Part shown: one piece after another, positions 31,373-41,196 of the stretch
Layout of the letters: each line of letters starts with the position of its first letter
How positions within the stretch are numbered: the stretch's first letter is position 1
From: Gemmatimonadales bacterium
GTDB taxonomy: Bacteria > Gemmatimonadota > Gemmatimonadetes > Gemmatimonadales > GWC2-71-9
Direction of reading: 5' to 3'
Length of the DNA: 64,000 nt
Assembly: GCA_965249575.1 (NCBI GenBank)
Contig: OZ252244.1
Coordinates: forward strand, 1,248,001-1,312,000
Translations under genes and position numbers: made by a program
Notes under the pieces: model-generated
Told to the model about the DNA's origin: nothing
The model's input: the letters and a program-made list of their open reading frames with translations, nothing else
Databases searched by the model: none

Positions 31373-31900
31373 CTATTTGGGGCCCCTGAAGGAGAGGATG
31401 TCGTCCGCCCAGGCCCTCCATTCCTCGTAACTCGGGAAATCCTCCATGCCTTGCCGGTCCTCGGGCGAGGCGACCAGCGTGACGCGCTCCATTGAGACCG
31501 TATCGTTTGGTGCCTGATCCCGATGCCAGGTGAACGCTCCGTCGAGCGCACCCCCCCCAAGCTCGCCGTCGAACCGAACGATGTCGCGGGACGGGACGAA
31601 GTCGTTGCCGGCCTCGTCAAAAACATATCCCACGGAGAGCCGCGCTCTGAATGCCAGCCGGCATGACCCGGTGTCGAACGAGACGGCCTCCAGCTCCCCG
31701 GTGGGGGGAGCTCCCGCGAGACCACCGGGCTGCGCGACGAGCAGCCCAAGGAGGCGCTGCCCGTCCCACCACAACTCGGCGGCGTACCCATACTGATGCT
31801 CGGCGGTATGGCGCATGTTCGAGAAAGCATCGATTACGGTGATGCGCCCGGGCGGTTGGCCGATGGCCTCGAGACCATCGTGACAGACAGCGCTCGGTCC
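31373..31900 (-). CDS. Hypothetical protein (start uncertain)
   Basis: Protein-like frame FSNMRHTAEHQYGYAAELW...WADDILSFRGPK. Confidence 0.45.
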   Translation of the reverse strand, partial: GPSAVCHDGLEAIGQPPGRITVIDAFSNMRHTAEHQYGYAAELWWDGQRLLGLLVAQPGGLAGAPPTGELEAVSFDTGSCRLAFRARLSVGYVFDEAGNDFVPSRDIVRFDGELGGGALDGAFTWHRDQAPNDTVSMERVTLVASPEDRQGMEDFPSYEEWRAWADDILSFRGPK

Positions 31901-32052
31901 CAGACGGGGGCCGTTCAGCTGAGATGCGACGAGGGCGGCGGAGCAAGCCAACCGCAACGGGCTCGTGACGACTCCCCGGGGACGGTTCGGGTTCATCGAG
32001 GCGCGATGGTCTGCCGTTCTCTCGGGGTCGAGTCGAAGCGTGCAACGACCTC

Positions 32053-33330
32053 TCACGTCGATGGACCCGGCCTCTTGTAGATTCGGCCGTCCTTCATCAC
32101 GAAGCGCACGTCTTCCAGCGTGGTCACATCCTCTAGGGGGTTTCCCTCGACGGCGACCAGGTCTGCCAGCAGCCCGGGAGCAATCCGGCCCCGGTCGTCC
32201 AGGCCGAGCAGGTCAGCGGCGTTCACGGTCGCCGAGCGAAGGGCGTCTGCGGTCGAAATGCCACGCTCGACCATGGCGGCAAATTCCTTCCCATTATCGC
32301 CGTGCGGGATGACAGCCGCGTCGGTCCCGAAAGCGATCTTCACCCCGGCCCGAACCGCACGTTGAAAACTCTCCCGCGCGAGGGGGATGATCGCCTCCGC
32401 CTTGGCGCGGATCGGGGGTGGCAGAACACTCATGTCGACCGCATCGCCGACATACGTCGTGGGAACGAGATACGTTCCACGCTCCCTCATCAACGCTACG
32501 GCCGCGTCGTTTAGAATCGACCCATGCTCGATCGACGCAACCCCGGCCCGGACAGCGGCCAGGATCCCCTCGGTTCCGTGGGCGTGGGCGGCCACTTTGA
32601 CCCCGTGCCTCGTGGCCTCGTCGACGATGGCGCGCATCTCGTACTCGGCGTACTGCTGGGCACCCACCGGCCCCTCGAAGGACAGCACCCCCGCCGTTGC
32701 GCAGATCTTGATGACCCCCGCCCCATGCTTGATCTGGTAGCGCACCGCGCGAAGCACCTCGTCGACCCCATCGGCCACCCCCGCTGCCGGTCCGCCCTCG
32801 AGCAGACCGGGGGCGTATCCTGTCGCGTCGCAGTGCCCGCCGGTTATGCCGAGGGCATGCCCGGCCGGGATGATTCGCGGACCGGGAAGGAAGTCGCGTT
32901 CTACCGCTTTCCGGAGCGAGACAATGGCGAACGATCGTGAGCCGAGGTTACGCACGGTCGTGAAGCCGGCGAGCAGAGTTCGCCTGGCGTTTCGGGCTCC
33001 GCGCAGGGCTCCGTCCGCCTGGGTCTCCGTTACCGCGCGATGCACCCAGTCTCCCTCGAGATCGCCCGAAAGATGGGTGTGCGCATCGATGAGGCCGGGT
33101 AGCAGCGTCATGTCGCCGAGATCGATCGTCTCGACCGCGCTTGGAATGGACGCGGGATTGACGGCGGCGATCCGGTTGCCTTCGACGATGACGACGGCAT
33201 TTCGGGTGACGGTCCCGCTCTCCACATCGAGCATCCGGTCAGCCCGTAGAATGGTGGTCTGCCCCGCCACAATGCTGGGTGCGCATATCAGAGCGCCGAG
33301 CAGGGTTAGCTGAATGCCAGCTCTGAGCAT
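32053..33330 (-). CDS. Secreted amidohydrolase (Xaa-Pro dipeptidase/M38-like)
   Basis: LLPGLIDAHTH, GFTTVRNLG, TGGH.D, IKICATAG, VAAHAHG, SIEHG, AFGTDA and G.LADLVAV.GNPLED. Confidence 0.93.
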   Translation of the reverse strand: MLRAGIQLTLLGALICAPSIVAGQTTILRADRMLDVESGTVTRNAVVIVEGNRIAAVNPASIPSAVETIDLGDMTLLPGLIDAHTHLSGDLEGDWVHRAVTETQADGALRGARNARRTLLAGFTTVRNLGSRSFAIVSLRKAVERDFLPGPRIIPAGHALGITGGHCDATGYAPGLLEGGPAAGVADGVDEVLRAVRYQIKHGAGVIKICATAGVLSFEGPVGAQQYAEYEMRAIVDEATRHGVKVAAHAHGTEGILAAVRAGVASIEHGSILNDAAVALMRERGTYLVPTTYVGDAVDMSVLPPPIRAKAEAIIPLARESFQRAVRAGVKIAFGTDAAVIPHGDNGKEFAAMVERGISTADALRSATVNAADLLGLDDRGRIAPGLLADLVAVEGNPLEDVTTLEDVRFVMKDGRIYKRPGPST

Positions 33331-34139
33331 GAAGCGGCTCCCGCGTTTGCTGAGGAGTATTCGAGCGCCTTACGGTCCCGACAAGATGACGGATGGTTCG
33401 AAGATGGGCCACCCGCGTAAGTCATCCTCGCCCTGCGGTGCGCGCCAAACATCGGGGGAGAAGCGCCTTCAGTCCGAGGGTCACCGTGACTGCGGACCAG
33501 GGCAGCCCTCGGGGGTGGGGGTGTTGGATGACTTGCGGGACGTTACGGAGAGGAGAGAGTATCGAGGCTGTGCGCGGGCGTCCACGGTAGCCGCCGCCCT
33601 GCGCGTGCCGTGCGTTACGACCGGCTCAGGAACACCGTCGGATGCATCGCGGCCATGACCGGTTGGGAACGAGGTGCGCTGATCACCCCGAGGTGTTGGC
33701 CGTTGCCGTCATAGAGGGCATAGTCGGCTCCACACTCGGGTGCGCGCCGACGCCCGCCCCTGAGACGACGCACGCGGCGCCTTGCCGAACCCACACCTCC
33801 ACCTCTTGTCGTATCACTCTTGTTGCTGGATGCAACCGCTATCCCCTTCATGTCGCCACTCCTACGGCCGCTGCCGTCCTGGTTTGAGTCCGCCTCTCAC
33901 AGTTGCACACCGTGAGACCCTTCCGCTGGCATCCTTCGGCACCTAACCAATGCACCCTCGGTGCCACAACCTTGATGCTCCGTAAGACGTTGACCAGTGG
34001 AGACTTTGATTTCGCGGGATACCGGCCACTGTCATCTCGCGGGGACAGTCGCCCAGCGGCACTGACCACTTTGGTGCAGGTCCGTGGAAACCCAAGGAGG
34101 AGTTATCCGGTTTTTCGTGCCGAAGGGGTCGAAACGAGG

Positions 34140-34420
34140 TTACAGCGAGTGCGGGCGTCCGGATCGGGTGTGGGCCTTGAAGAAATCCCTGAGCGCGGCT
34201 CGCCGACCCCCCCTCCATAGAGGCGCCTCCTGGCCAGTCGTGACCACCTCCGACGGCGGCGAAGACAGCAATCTCCGTCCCGGCGGCGCAGCCCGTTTGT
34301 AATTCGTGAACGACCTGATCCATGAGGCGTGACGCGGGCATCGGCACAGCCGTTGTGCGCCGACCAGGATGACCTTGCATGCGCCGTGGATGCAAACGGT
34401 GCGATGCGGTCCCCCGTCCA
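34140..34420 (-). pseudogene. Fragment of a PHB-depolymerase/LpqC-like esterase C-terminus
   Basis: W.AHNGC, GC..GTE, GGGHDWPG and DFFKAH spread over three frames; no N-terminus. Confidence 0.55.
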
Positions 34421-34480
34421 TCGACCATCGTCAGCCAGCCACGCGACCGGCCCTGCACAACACACGATCGCGCATTCCGG

Positions 34481-35875
34481 TCACGGCTTGGCTTCGATCA
34501 ATCTCGCGCTAATTCGAGTTGGTCCCGGCGCGCCGTCCGGCCCGTTGTCCCAGTCCTGAGCGCTCGAAATGTCCGGCACCCCCCACTGATGACCGTTCCA
34601 CCCTGAGAAGCCGTCCATCTTGAATGCCCAGAACCCGCTCCGAAGATCGCTGACCACGATCAATCCGTCGGCGTTTCGCACATCGACCCCCCACACGCCA
34701 TCATAGATCCCTCCCCCATCGCCAACAGATCCACCGAGAAAGAGCCCACCAAGCTCCGGCCCCTCCTTGGTATCGTAATAGGCCACGGTGTACGGATTGG
34801 TCGGATCCATGATGTTCAGCACCTGGAGCGCATCGTCCTGCGCCGATATGAACACGTACGGCCACCGCACCTCGTGGTTGTGCGATGCACCATTCCATTT
34901 GGCGATCCACGCCCCGATCGGCCGGGAGACGGCCGGTGTCTCACCGTCGAGCCCCGGCTTCAAGTCGAACATTCTCACCGGGGAGTACTGGTAGGTCGGT
35001 AACGCCATGAGCAGTGCGTACCGTCCGTCGGGGGTAGGAGTGAAGGTGTGTGCGTTTCGCACCCCTGCCACTCCGGTAACGGACGTCAAGAGCTTGGGAC
35101 TCTCAGGCCGTGTCACGTCGTAGACGTGAGCTCCCGCGGACCCGGCCCCGTAAAACTTGTCCTGGCGAGTCGCGGGATCGTAGCCGACAAAGAAATCGTG
35201 GTATCCCTGCTGCGGCGACGCCGGGTTGTCCGGAACGGGCACCCGCGAGACGAGGCCCTGGCCGGGGTCCCCGCTCGAGAACAGCGCCATGTCATAGATG
35301 TTGGCATGCGGGCCCGTGGTGGTCGTGAACAGGAGGGCCCGTCCATCGGAGTGTTTGTAGGCGTAGATGTTGTGAAATCCACCGGGCGTGTCCACGGCCC
35401 GGAGCCGACCCACTTCCTTGATCGTCGAGGTATCCGGCAGTCCCGTCACGTCGAACACGATCGCGCCCAGATCGGCGTCCGGCCCGCCCCGACGAAATTG
35501 AAACGACGTCACATCGTAATACCGGCCGTGAATTTTCAAGTACTTGTTGTCGACCGCTCCGCCCTGGTGCAGCTCCGGGTTTTCGATGGTCCAGCGATAG
35601 AGAGCCGTGGCCTTGGCCGGGTCCTTAAGACCGATCACCTGGAAACCGGCCGGCACGGCTCGCTGCGTCACGTAGGCGTAGGGGCGCGACATTTCCTGCT
35701 CCATCTCGATGTCGGCGTGGCTGAAGGAGTCGCCGACGAGCGGCAGGTGGGACAGGATTCGAAGATTGGAGCTTCCCTGCAGCCCCGGCGGATGCTGAGC
35801 AAACGCCGGCACCGATGCGAGCCCCAGTGACAGTAACATCAACGAACGCAAGATCATGACACACCTCCGGCGCAT
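34481..35875 (-). CDS. Secreted LVIVD-like beta-propeller protein, paralogue 9
   Basis: AFA|Q; GGFHN, YHD, AHTF, HNHE and the tail. Confidence 0.85.
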   Translation of the reverse strand: MRRRCVMILRSLMLLSLGLASVPAFAQHPPGLQGSSNLRILSHLPLVGDSFSHADIEMEQEMSRPYAYVTQRAVPAGFQVIGLKDPAKATALYRWTIENPELHQGGAVDNKYLKIHGRYYDVTSFQFRRGGPDADLGAIVFDVTGLPDTSTIKEVGRLRAVDTPGGFHNIYAYKHSDGRALLFTTTTGPHANIYDMALFSSGDPGQGLVSRVPVPDNPASPQQGYHDFFVGYDPATRQDKFYGAGSAGAHVYDVTRPESPKLLTSVTGVAGVRNAHTFTPTPDGRYALLMALPTYQYSPVRMFDLKPGLDGETPAVSRPIGAWIAKWNGASHNHEVRWPYVFISAQDDALQVLNIMDPTNPYTVAYYDTKEGPELGGLFLGGSVGDGGGIYDGVWGVDVRNADGLIVVSDLRSGFWAFKMDGFSGWNGHQWGVPDISSAQDWDNGPDGAPGPTRISARLIEAKP

Positions 35876-35914
35876 GCGCGCGGGCCGCGGCTCGGTGTGC
35901 CGCGACGGCGCGCG

Positions 35915-36547
35915 CTACCCCAGTTCAGATTCGTAGGCCCGCTCGTCAGTCCACCCGATCTTGGTATGCGGACCCCATGCCGGGCGCTCGAGAATCTGGC
36001 GCACCATGGCCTCGAACGCGGACAGGGGCATCGTGTCGTAGTGAGGATCGAACGACGCCTGATCGTATTTATGGCAGAACTCTACCGTCTTCTGATACGC
36101 TGGATGATCGCGATACCTCTCGCGCTCATGACGATCCTTGGCGATGTGATGGAAATAGTAGTACCCCTGAAAGATACCGTGCTTCTCCATCATCCAGTGG
36201 GTGGACGGGGTCACGTATGGACGGAGGATCGTGGCGCCGAATTCCGCGTGGTTATCCGGAGCGAGCTGATCACCGAGGTCATGCAGGAGTGACGCGACCA
36301 CGACCTCCTCGTTCTGACCGTCTCGGAACGCGCGGGTGGCCGTCTGGAGCGAGTGCTCGTACCGATCCACCCGCTCTCCCGGAAAGCCCTCATGCAGGGT
36401 GTCGAAGTATTTGAGGACGCGGTCGGCAACGCCAGCGCGAAATGGCTTGGACAGCTCGACAAGCATCTCGTAGTCCTCCCGAGTGCCGTCTTCCATCTTG
36501 GTGTAACTGGCGACGCGTTTCTTTCCTTCGGTTGATTCCACCGCCAT
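35915..36547 (-). CDS. HD-domain protein (PhnZ/TmpB-like di-iron oxygenase or phosphohydrolase clade)
   Basis: EHSLQTATRA..DG..EE.VVA.LLHDLGD..AP.NH, HG.FQ.YY, and YDQ.SFDP.YD; GGAGG RBS before 36547. Confidence 0.8.
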   Translation of the reverse strand: MAVESTEGKKRVASYTKMEDGTREDYEMLVELSKPFRAGVADRVLKYFDTLHEGFPGERVDRYEHSLQTATRAFRDGQNEEVVVASLLHDLGDQLAPDNHAEFGATILRPYVTPSTHWMMEKHGIFQGYYYFHHIAKDRHERERYRDHPAYQKTVEFCHKYDQASFDPHYDTMPLSAFEAMVRQILERPAWGPHTKIGWTDERAYESELG

Positions 36548-36568
36548 GAGCTCCTCCGCTACTGCCAC

Positions 36569-36637
36569 TCAAGGACCAATGGCCAAATGATCAACACTCG
36601 ACGTCAATGTTCAATCACCAATGTCGATGCTCAATGC
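36569..36637 (+). repeat. Degenerate 6-8 nt tandem repeat, ~10 units, consensus YCAATG(N)
   Basis: tcaagga ccaatgg ccaaatga tcaacac tcgacg tcaatgt tcaatca ccaatg tcgatgc tcaatgc. Confidence 0.65.
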
Positions 36638-36646
36638 CCCGCTTGC

Positions 36647-38083
36647 TCAGCTCACCCGCGCAGGCGTCGGCGCCCCATCCGGTCCGTTATCCCAATCCTG
36701 CGCGCTGGAGACGTTCGGCATCCCCCACTGGTGCCCGTTCCAGCCATCGAAGCCGTCCATTCTTAGTGCCCAGAATCCAGTCGTCATGTCGCTGACGACG
36801 ATAAGTCCGTCGGCGTTCCTGACATCCACTCCAAAGGCACCGTTGAACACGTCACCGAGCGAGCCCCCAGCTCCCAGGCCCTTTTTGTGGGGACCGTCGT
36901 ACGTATCGTAGAAACCCACAGTGTACGGGTTGGTGGGATCCATCATGTTGAAGACATGAAGCCCATCTTCGTACCCCGACACGAACACGTACGGCCAGCG
37001 CACCTCGTGATTGTGAGCAACGTTCTTCCAGTCAGCTGCCCACGCGCCGACGGGTCGAGTGATGTTTCTCACCTGACCGTCGAGGCCAGCCTTCATGTCC
37101 ACGATGCGAAGGGGCGCGTACTGGTACTCGGTTTCGGCCACCGCGTACCGGCCGGCCGGGGTCGGGGTAAAGGTGTGGCCGAACCCCACTCCCGCCATTC
37201 CTGTGACCGATGTTAGCAGCTTCGGCTCGTCGACTCTGGACACGTCGTAGACATAGTACCCACCCGCTCCGCCACCGTAGAACCGATCCTGGCGCGTCGC
37301 GGGATCATACCCGACGTAAATGTCATGGTAGCCGGGTAGGGCGCGCACAAGGAACTCCGGCAGGTTCGCCGTGGCGTTGGACGGGATCGGAACCCTGCCG
37401 GCCAGGCTTCGGCCGGCCTCGCCGGCGGCTGCCCGCTCCAAATCGTACACATTTGCCTGGGGCCCGAAGGTCGTGGTGAACAACAGCGCTCTGCCGTCCG
37501 AGTGCTTGTATGCAAAGATGTTGTGAAATCCTCCCGGCGTGTCGGCGGCACGGATCCGGTCTACCTCCTCGACCTGTGCAGGGTCGGGGAGGCCAGTCAC
37601 GTCGAATACCACCGCGCCCAGATCCACGTCTGGACCGCCCTGCGCGAACTGGAACGACTGTACGAGGTAGTACCGGCCTCGGATCTTGAAGTACTTGGTG
37701 TCCATCGCCCCCAAGCCCTGATGCAACTCGGGATTGTCGATCCGCCACGAGAAGATCACACCGGAGCGGGTTGGCTCCTTCAGGTCGATGACATCGAACC
37801 CCGCCCCCCCCAGCGAGTGTGGGGAGTCAGGGCCGTGGGTCGTCTCGAACCGGTCGATGTCGAGCGTCAGACCGCCGAGCGCGTTGAATCTGCTCACATA
37901 GGCGAAGGGGCGAGAAAGCTCCTGCTCGATTTCGATGTCCGTCACCCGGAACTCGCCACCCAAGGGGACGTGTGATACTACGTGCAGGTTGGTGCTTCCC
38001 TGCTCTCCAGGTGGGTACTGCGCTGAAACCGGGTGGGCCAACAGCGTTCCCAGAACGACCAAGGAAGGAATTCCCCCGTTCAT
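36647..38083 (-). CDS. Secreted LVIVD-like beta-propeller protein, paralogue 10
   Basis: VSA|Q, all motifs, plus a ~25-aa insertion in blade 1 and a longer loop before YHD. Confidence 0.85.
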   Translation of the reverse strand: MNGGIPSLVVLGTLLAHPVSAQYPPGEQGSTNLHVVSHVPLGGEFRVTDIEIEQELSRPFAYVSRFNALGGLTLDIDRFETTHGPDSPHSLGGAGFDVIDLKEPTRSGVIFSWRIDNPELHQGLGAMDTKYFKIRGRYYLVQSFQFAQGGPDVDLGAVVFDVTGLPDPAQVEEVDRIRAADTPGGFHNIFAYKHSDGRALLFTTTFGPQANVYDLERAAAGEAGRSLAGRVPIPSNATANLPEFLVRALPGYHDIYVGYDPATRQDRFYGGGAGGYYVYDVSRVDEPKLLTSVTGMAGVGFGHTFTPTPAGRYAVAETEYQYAPLRIVDMKAGLDGQVRNITRPVGAWAADWKNVAHNHEVRWPYVFVSGYEDGLHVFNMMDPTNPYTVGFYDTYDGPHKKGLGAGGSLGDVFNGAFGVDVRNADGLIVVSDMTTGFWALRMDGFDGWNGHQWGMPNVSSAQDWDNGPDGAPTPARVS

Positions 38084-38098
38084 TACACGCCACCCTCT

Positions 38099-38200
38099 CA
38101 AGTGAGGAGTCCCGCCCCACCACTACCAGCCGAGTGAGGTGTTAAGAGGCCCCCGCCCGCCACAAACTCAGACCATCCGGTGGGGGCGGGGGCCTGTCGC
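38099..38200. repeat. Intergenic heptamer/palindromic element (copy after paralogue 11)
   Basis: agtgaggag...ccgagtgagg on the plus strand, plus hairpin aggcccccgccc...gggcgggggcct. Confidence 0.6.
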
Positions 38201-39577
38201 TCAGCTCACCGGTGCTGGTGCCCCGTCCGGGCCGTTGTCCCAATCCTGAACGCTGGAGATGTTCGGCATCCCCCATTGATGACCGTTCCACCCGTCAAAA
38301 CCGTCCATCTTGAACGACCAGAAGCCGGTGGACATATCGCTGACGACGATGAGGCCATCGGCGTTTCGGACATCGACCCCAAAAACACCGTTGTAGACGT
38401 TGTCCCCAGGCTCCGACCGGCCCCGCAGCCCGTAGCCCTGCTTGTGGGGGCCGTCGTAGGTGTAGTAGTAGCCAACGGTGTACGGATTCGTGGGATCCAT
38501 CATGTTGAATACCATGAGCCCGTCTTCGTATGCCGAGACGAAAACGTAGGGCCACCGAACCTCATGGTTGTGCGCGAGGTTCTTCCAATCGGCCGTCCAC
38601 GCGCCAATGGGCCGCGAGATGGCTCGCGCGTCGCCATCGAGCCCCGGCTTGAGATCGAACATCCTGAGCGGTGCGTATTGATACTCCGTCTCGGCCACCG
38701 CGTAGCGCCCGTCCGGGGTTGGCGTGAACGTATGTCCGTTGCGGACACCCGCGGCGCCGGTGACGGACGTGACAAGCTTGGCCTCTGCGGGGGCGGTCAC
38801 GTCGTATACGTGGAATCCACCGGTTCCCGCACCGTAGAACTTGTCCATGCGCGCGGCGGGATCATACCCGACGTAGAAATCGTGGTAGTTGCCCCTGCGG
38901 GGTTGGCTGGGATCTTCAGGCACCGGTACGCGGCCCACCCAGCCGTAGTTCGCCTCACCCGCGATGAATCGCTCCATGTCATAGACTCGCGCACCGGGAT
39001 TGCCGTTGGTAGTGAACAGTAAGGGCCGGCCACTGGAATGCTTGTACATGAAGATGTTGTGAAAGCCGCCGGGACTGTCCGGCGCTTCTATGCGGCCAAC
39101 CTCCCGAACCGAGGAAGCATCGGGCAATCCGGTCACGTCGAACACGACCGCTCCCACATTCGTCGCCGGCATGCCCGCGCGGAATTGCAGAGCCTGGACA
39201 TCGTAATAGCGCCCACGATGTTTGAAATACTTATTGTCCGTACCACCCCGATCGTTGTTGAGCTCATTATCTTCGATGCGCCAGGAGAAAACGACCTCCG
39301 CTCGCTCGGGATCCTTCACACTGATCACATCTACACCGGTTGGGATCAGCATCCGGGAGACGTAGACATAGGGTCGCGCCAGCTCTTGTTCCACCTCGAT
39401 GTCGGCCACGGTGAAGACATTCCCGAGCGGTAGGTGCGCCAGCAGCTGCATGTTCGTGCTGCCTTGCGTACCCGGAATGAAGTCTCCGCCAGCCCCTGGT
39501 CGTAGCGGCACCTGGGCAGCAAGGGGGGACGCGAACAGCGGTGTAAGTCCAATCCAGAGAACGAATCGCCCGATCAT
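38201..39577 (-). CDS. Secreted LVIVD-like beta-propeller protein, paralogue 11
   Basis: LAA|Q; AAGGAG RBS; all motifs. Confidence 0.85.
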   Translation of the reverse strand: MIGRFVLWIGLTPLFASPLAAQVPLRPGAGGDFIPGTQGSTNMQLLAHLPLGNVFTVADIEVEQELARPYVYVSRMLIPTGVDVISVKDPERAEVVFSWRIEDNELNNDRGGTDNKYFKHRGRYYDVQALQFRAGMPATNVGAVVFDVTGLPDASSVREVGRIEAPDSPGGFHNIFMYKHSSGRPLLFTTNGNPGARVYDMERFIAGEANYGWVGRVPVPEDPSQPRRGNYHDFYVGYDPAARMDKFYGAGTGGFHVYDVTAPAEAKLVTSVTGAAGVRNGHTFTPTPDGRYAVAETEYQYAPLRMFDLKPGLDGDARAISRPIGAWTADWKNLAHNHEVRWPYVFVSAYEDGLMVFNMMDPTNPYTVGYYYTYDGPHKQGYGLRGRSEPGDNVYNGVFGVDVRNADGLIVVSDMSTGFWSFKMDGFDGWNGHQWGMPNISSVQDWDNGPDGAPAPVS

Positions 39578-39590
39578 GATGTCTCCTTTC

Positions 39591-39680
39591 AGAAGTGAGG
39601 AGGCGTCCCCACCACTCTCGTCCCAAGTAAAGAGTGAGCAGGGCTCACTCGGTGCGGTTGACGTGGGTGGGGCCTCGTCG
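39591..39680. repeat. Intergenic heptamer/palindromic element (copy after paralogue 12)
   Basis: Perfect hairpin GAGTGAGC-AGG-GCTCACTC at 39632-39650. CTCACTCGGTGCGG is identical to 3191-3204. Confidence 0.7.
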
Positions 39681-41066
39681 CTAGCGCGCGCTTACGCGCG
39701 CCGGCGCCGGTGCGCCGTCGGGCCCGGCGTCCCAGTCTTGCGCTGACGAGCTGTTCGGCATGCCCCACTGGTGACCGTTCCAACCGTCAAACCCGTCCAT
39801 CTTGAGCACCCAGAACCCGCTCCGCATGTCGCTGACAACGATCAAGCCGTCGGCGTTGCGAATGTCCACACCCCAGGCACCGTTACTCGTGCTCCCGGCG
39901 GCGAACGGATAGACCTGCTGTCTGTGGGGCCCGTCGTATGTGTCGTAGTAGCCGACCGTATAGGGAGTTGTAGGATCCATCACGTTGACGATGTGCAGCC
40001 CGTCCTCGTAACCGGACACGAACATGTAGGGCCAGCGCACTTCCATGTTGTGCAACTTGTTGTTCCAATCGGCGGTCCAAGCGCCAACGGGGCGGTTGAC
40101 GTTCTTGACCTCTCCGTCCATCGCTGGCTTCAAGTCGAACACGCGAAGGGGCTGGTGATCTCCCCCCGAGCGAATGAACAGGTACCGGCCGTCGGGAGTT
40201 GGCACGAACGTGTGGGCGCCATGCTGTCCGGCGAATCCAACGACCGAGGCCAGCAATTCTGGCTCAACTGGATTGCTTACGTCGTATATGTAATTGCCGC
40301 CCAGTGGAGTGACCTCTGGTCCGCCACCGTAGAAGAGATCCCGACGTGTGGACGGGTCGTAGGCCACATAGGCATCGTGGTATCCGCCGCGCACTCCGGG
40401 ACCCCCGCGAGGCTCGGGCAGTGGAATTCGAGAGACAAGCCCGTCGTCACCCGCACCGGTAACGAAGCGCTCCATATCGTAGATATTCGCCCCGTGAGCC
40501 ACACCGAGGGTCGTGACGACCGAGGCGAACATCAACACCCTGCCGCTCGAGTGCTTGTACGTGAAAATGTTGTGGAAGCCACCCGGCGTGTCCGGGGTTC
40601 GTATCCGGCCGACTTCCTGAATCGTCGTCGTGTCCGGGAGCCCCGTCACGTCCACTACGACCGCGCCGAGATCGTAGTCGGGGCCGCTGGGAGAAAACTG
40701 AAACGCCTCCGCGACGTAGTAGCGCCCGTTCACCTTGAAGTAGCGGGCATCGACACTGCCATGACCCCTATGCAGATCGTTGTTCTCGATCACCCAGCTG
40801 TATAGCACCTTGGGCGCTCGTGGCGTCGCGATGCTGACGATATCGAAACCGTAGAACCCGCCTTGGGATCCGAAGCGAGATACATACGCATAGGGCCGGG
40901 CAACTTCCTGCTCGATTTCGATGTCGGCAGCGCTATACCACCCGCCCAGGGGCAAATGAGCCAACACGTGGACGTTCGAGCTTCCCTGAAGGCCTGCGGG
41001 ATACTGCGCGACAGCGTTCGCGAGCGGGACTATCAAGGCACCGAAGAGCACGAATCGTAGGTGCAT
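39681..41066 (-). CDS. Secreted LVIVD-like beta-propeller protein, paralogue 12
   Basis: AVA|Q; all motifs. Confidence 0.85.
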   Translation of the reverse strand: MHLRFVLFGALIVPLANAVAQYPAGLQGSSNVHVLAHLPLGGWYSAADIEIEQEVARPYAYVSRFGSQGGFYGFDIVSIATPRAPKVLYSWVIENNDLHRGHGSVDARYFKVNGRYYVAEAFQFSPSGPDYDLGAVVVDVTGLPDTTTIQEVGRIRTPDTPGGFHNIFTYKHSSGRVLMFASVVTTLGVAHGANIYDMERFVTGAGDDGLVSRIPLPEPRGGPGVRGGYHDAYVAYDPSTRRDLFYGGGPEVTPLGGNYIYDVSNPVEPELLASVVGFAGQHGAHTFVPTPDGRYLFIRSGGDHQPLRVFDLKPAMDGEVKNVNRPVGAWTADWNNKLHNMEVRWPYMFVSGYEDGLHIVNVMDPTTPYTVGYYDTYDGPHRQQVYPFAAGSTSNGAWGVDIRNADGLIVVSDMRSGFWVLKMDGFDGWNGHQWGMPNSSSAQDWDAGPDGAPAPARVSAR

Positions 41067-41083
41067 CTCATCTCCCACGAGAA

Positions 41084-41196
41084 GAGTGAGAAGCTAGGAG
41101 TGAGGAGGCCACTTTACCCCGCCACCTCCGCGGAGGTGAGACCGGGTCGGGCCTCCTGACTCCTCACTCGGCGCGATGTGGGGTCGTGTCGCCTCC
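41084..41196. repeat. Intergenic heptamer/palindromic element (copy after paralogue 13)
   Basis: Arms ggagtgaggaggcc...ggcctcctgactcc around the inner palindrome cacctccgcggaggtg. CTCCTGACTCCTCACTCGG at 41153-41171. Confidence 0.7.

Noticed and set aside
33400..33851. Intact gene(s) between the amidohydrolase and the esterase fragment
   Set aside because: An RBS+ATG at 33851 and a propeller-like C-terminal scrap are present, but there is no coherent reading frame. Too degraded to call.
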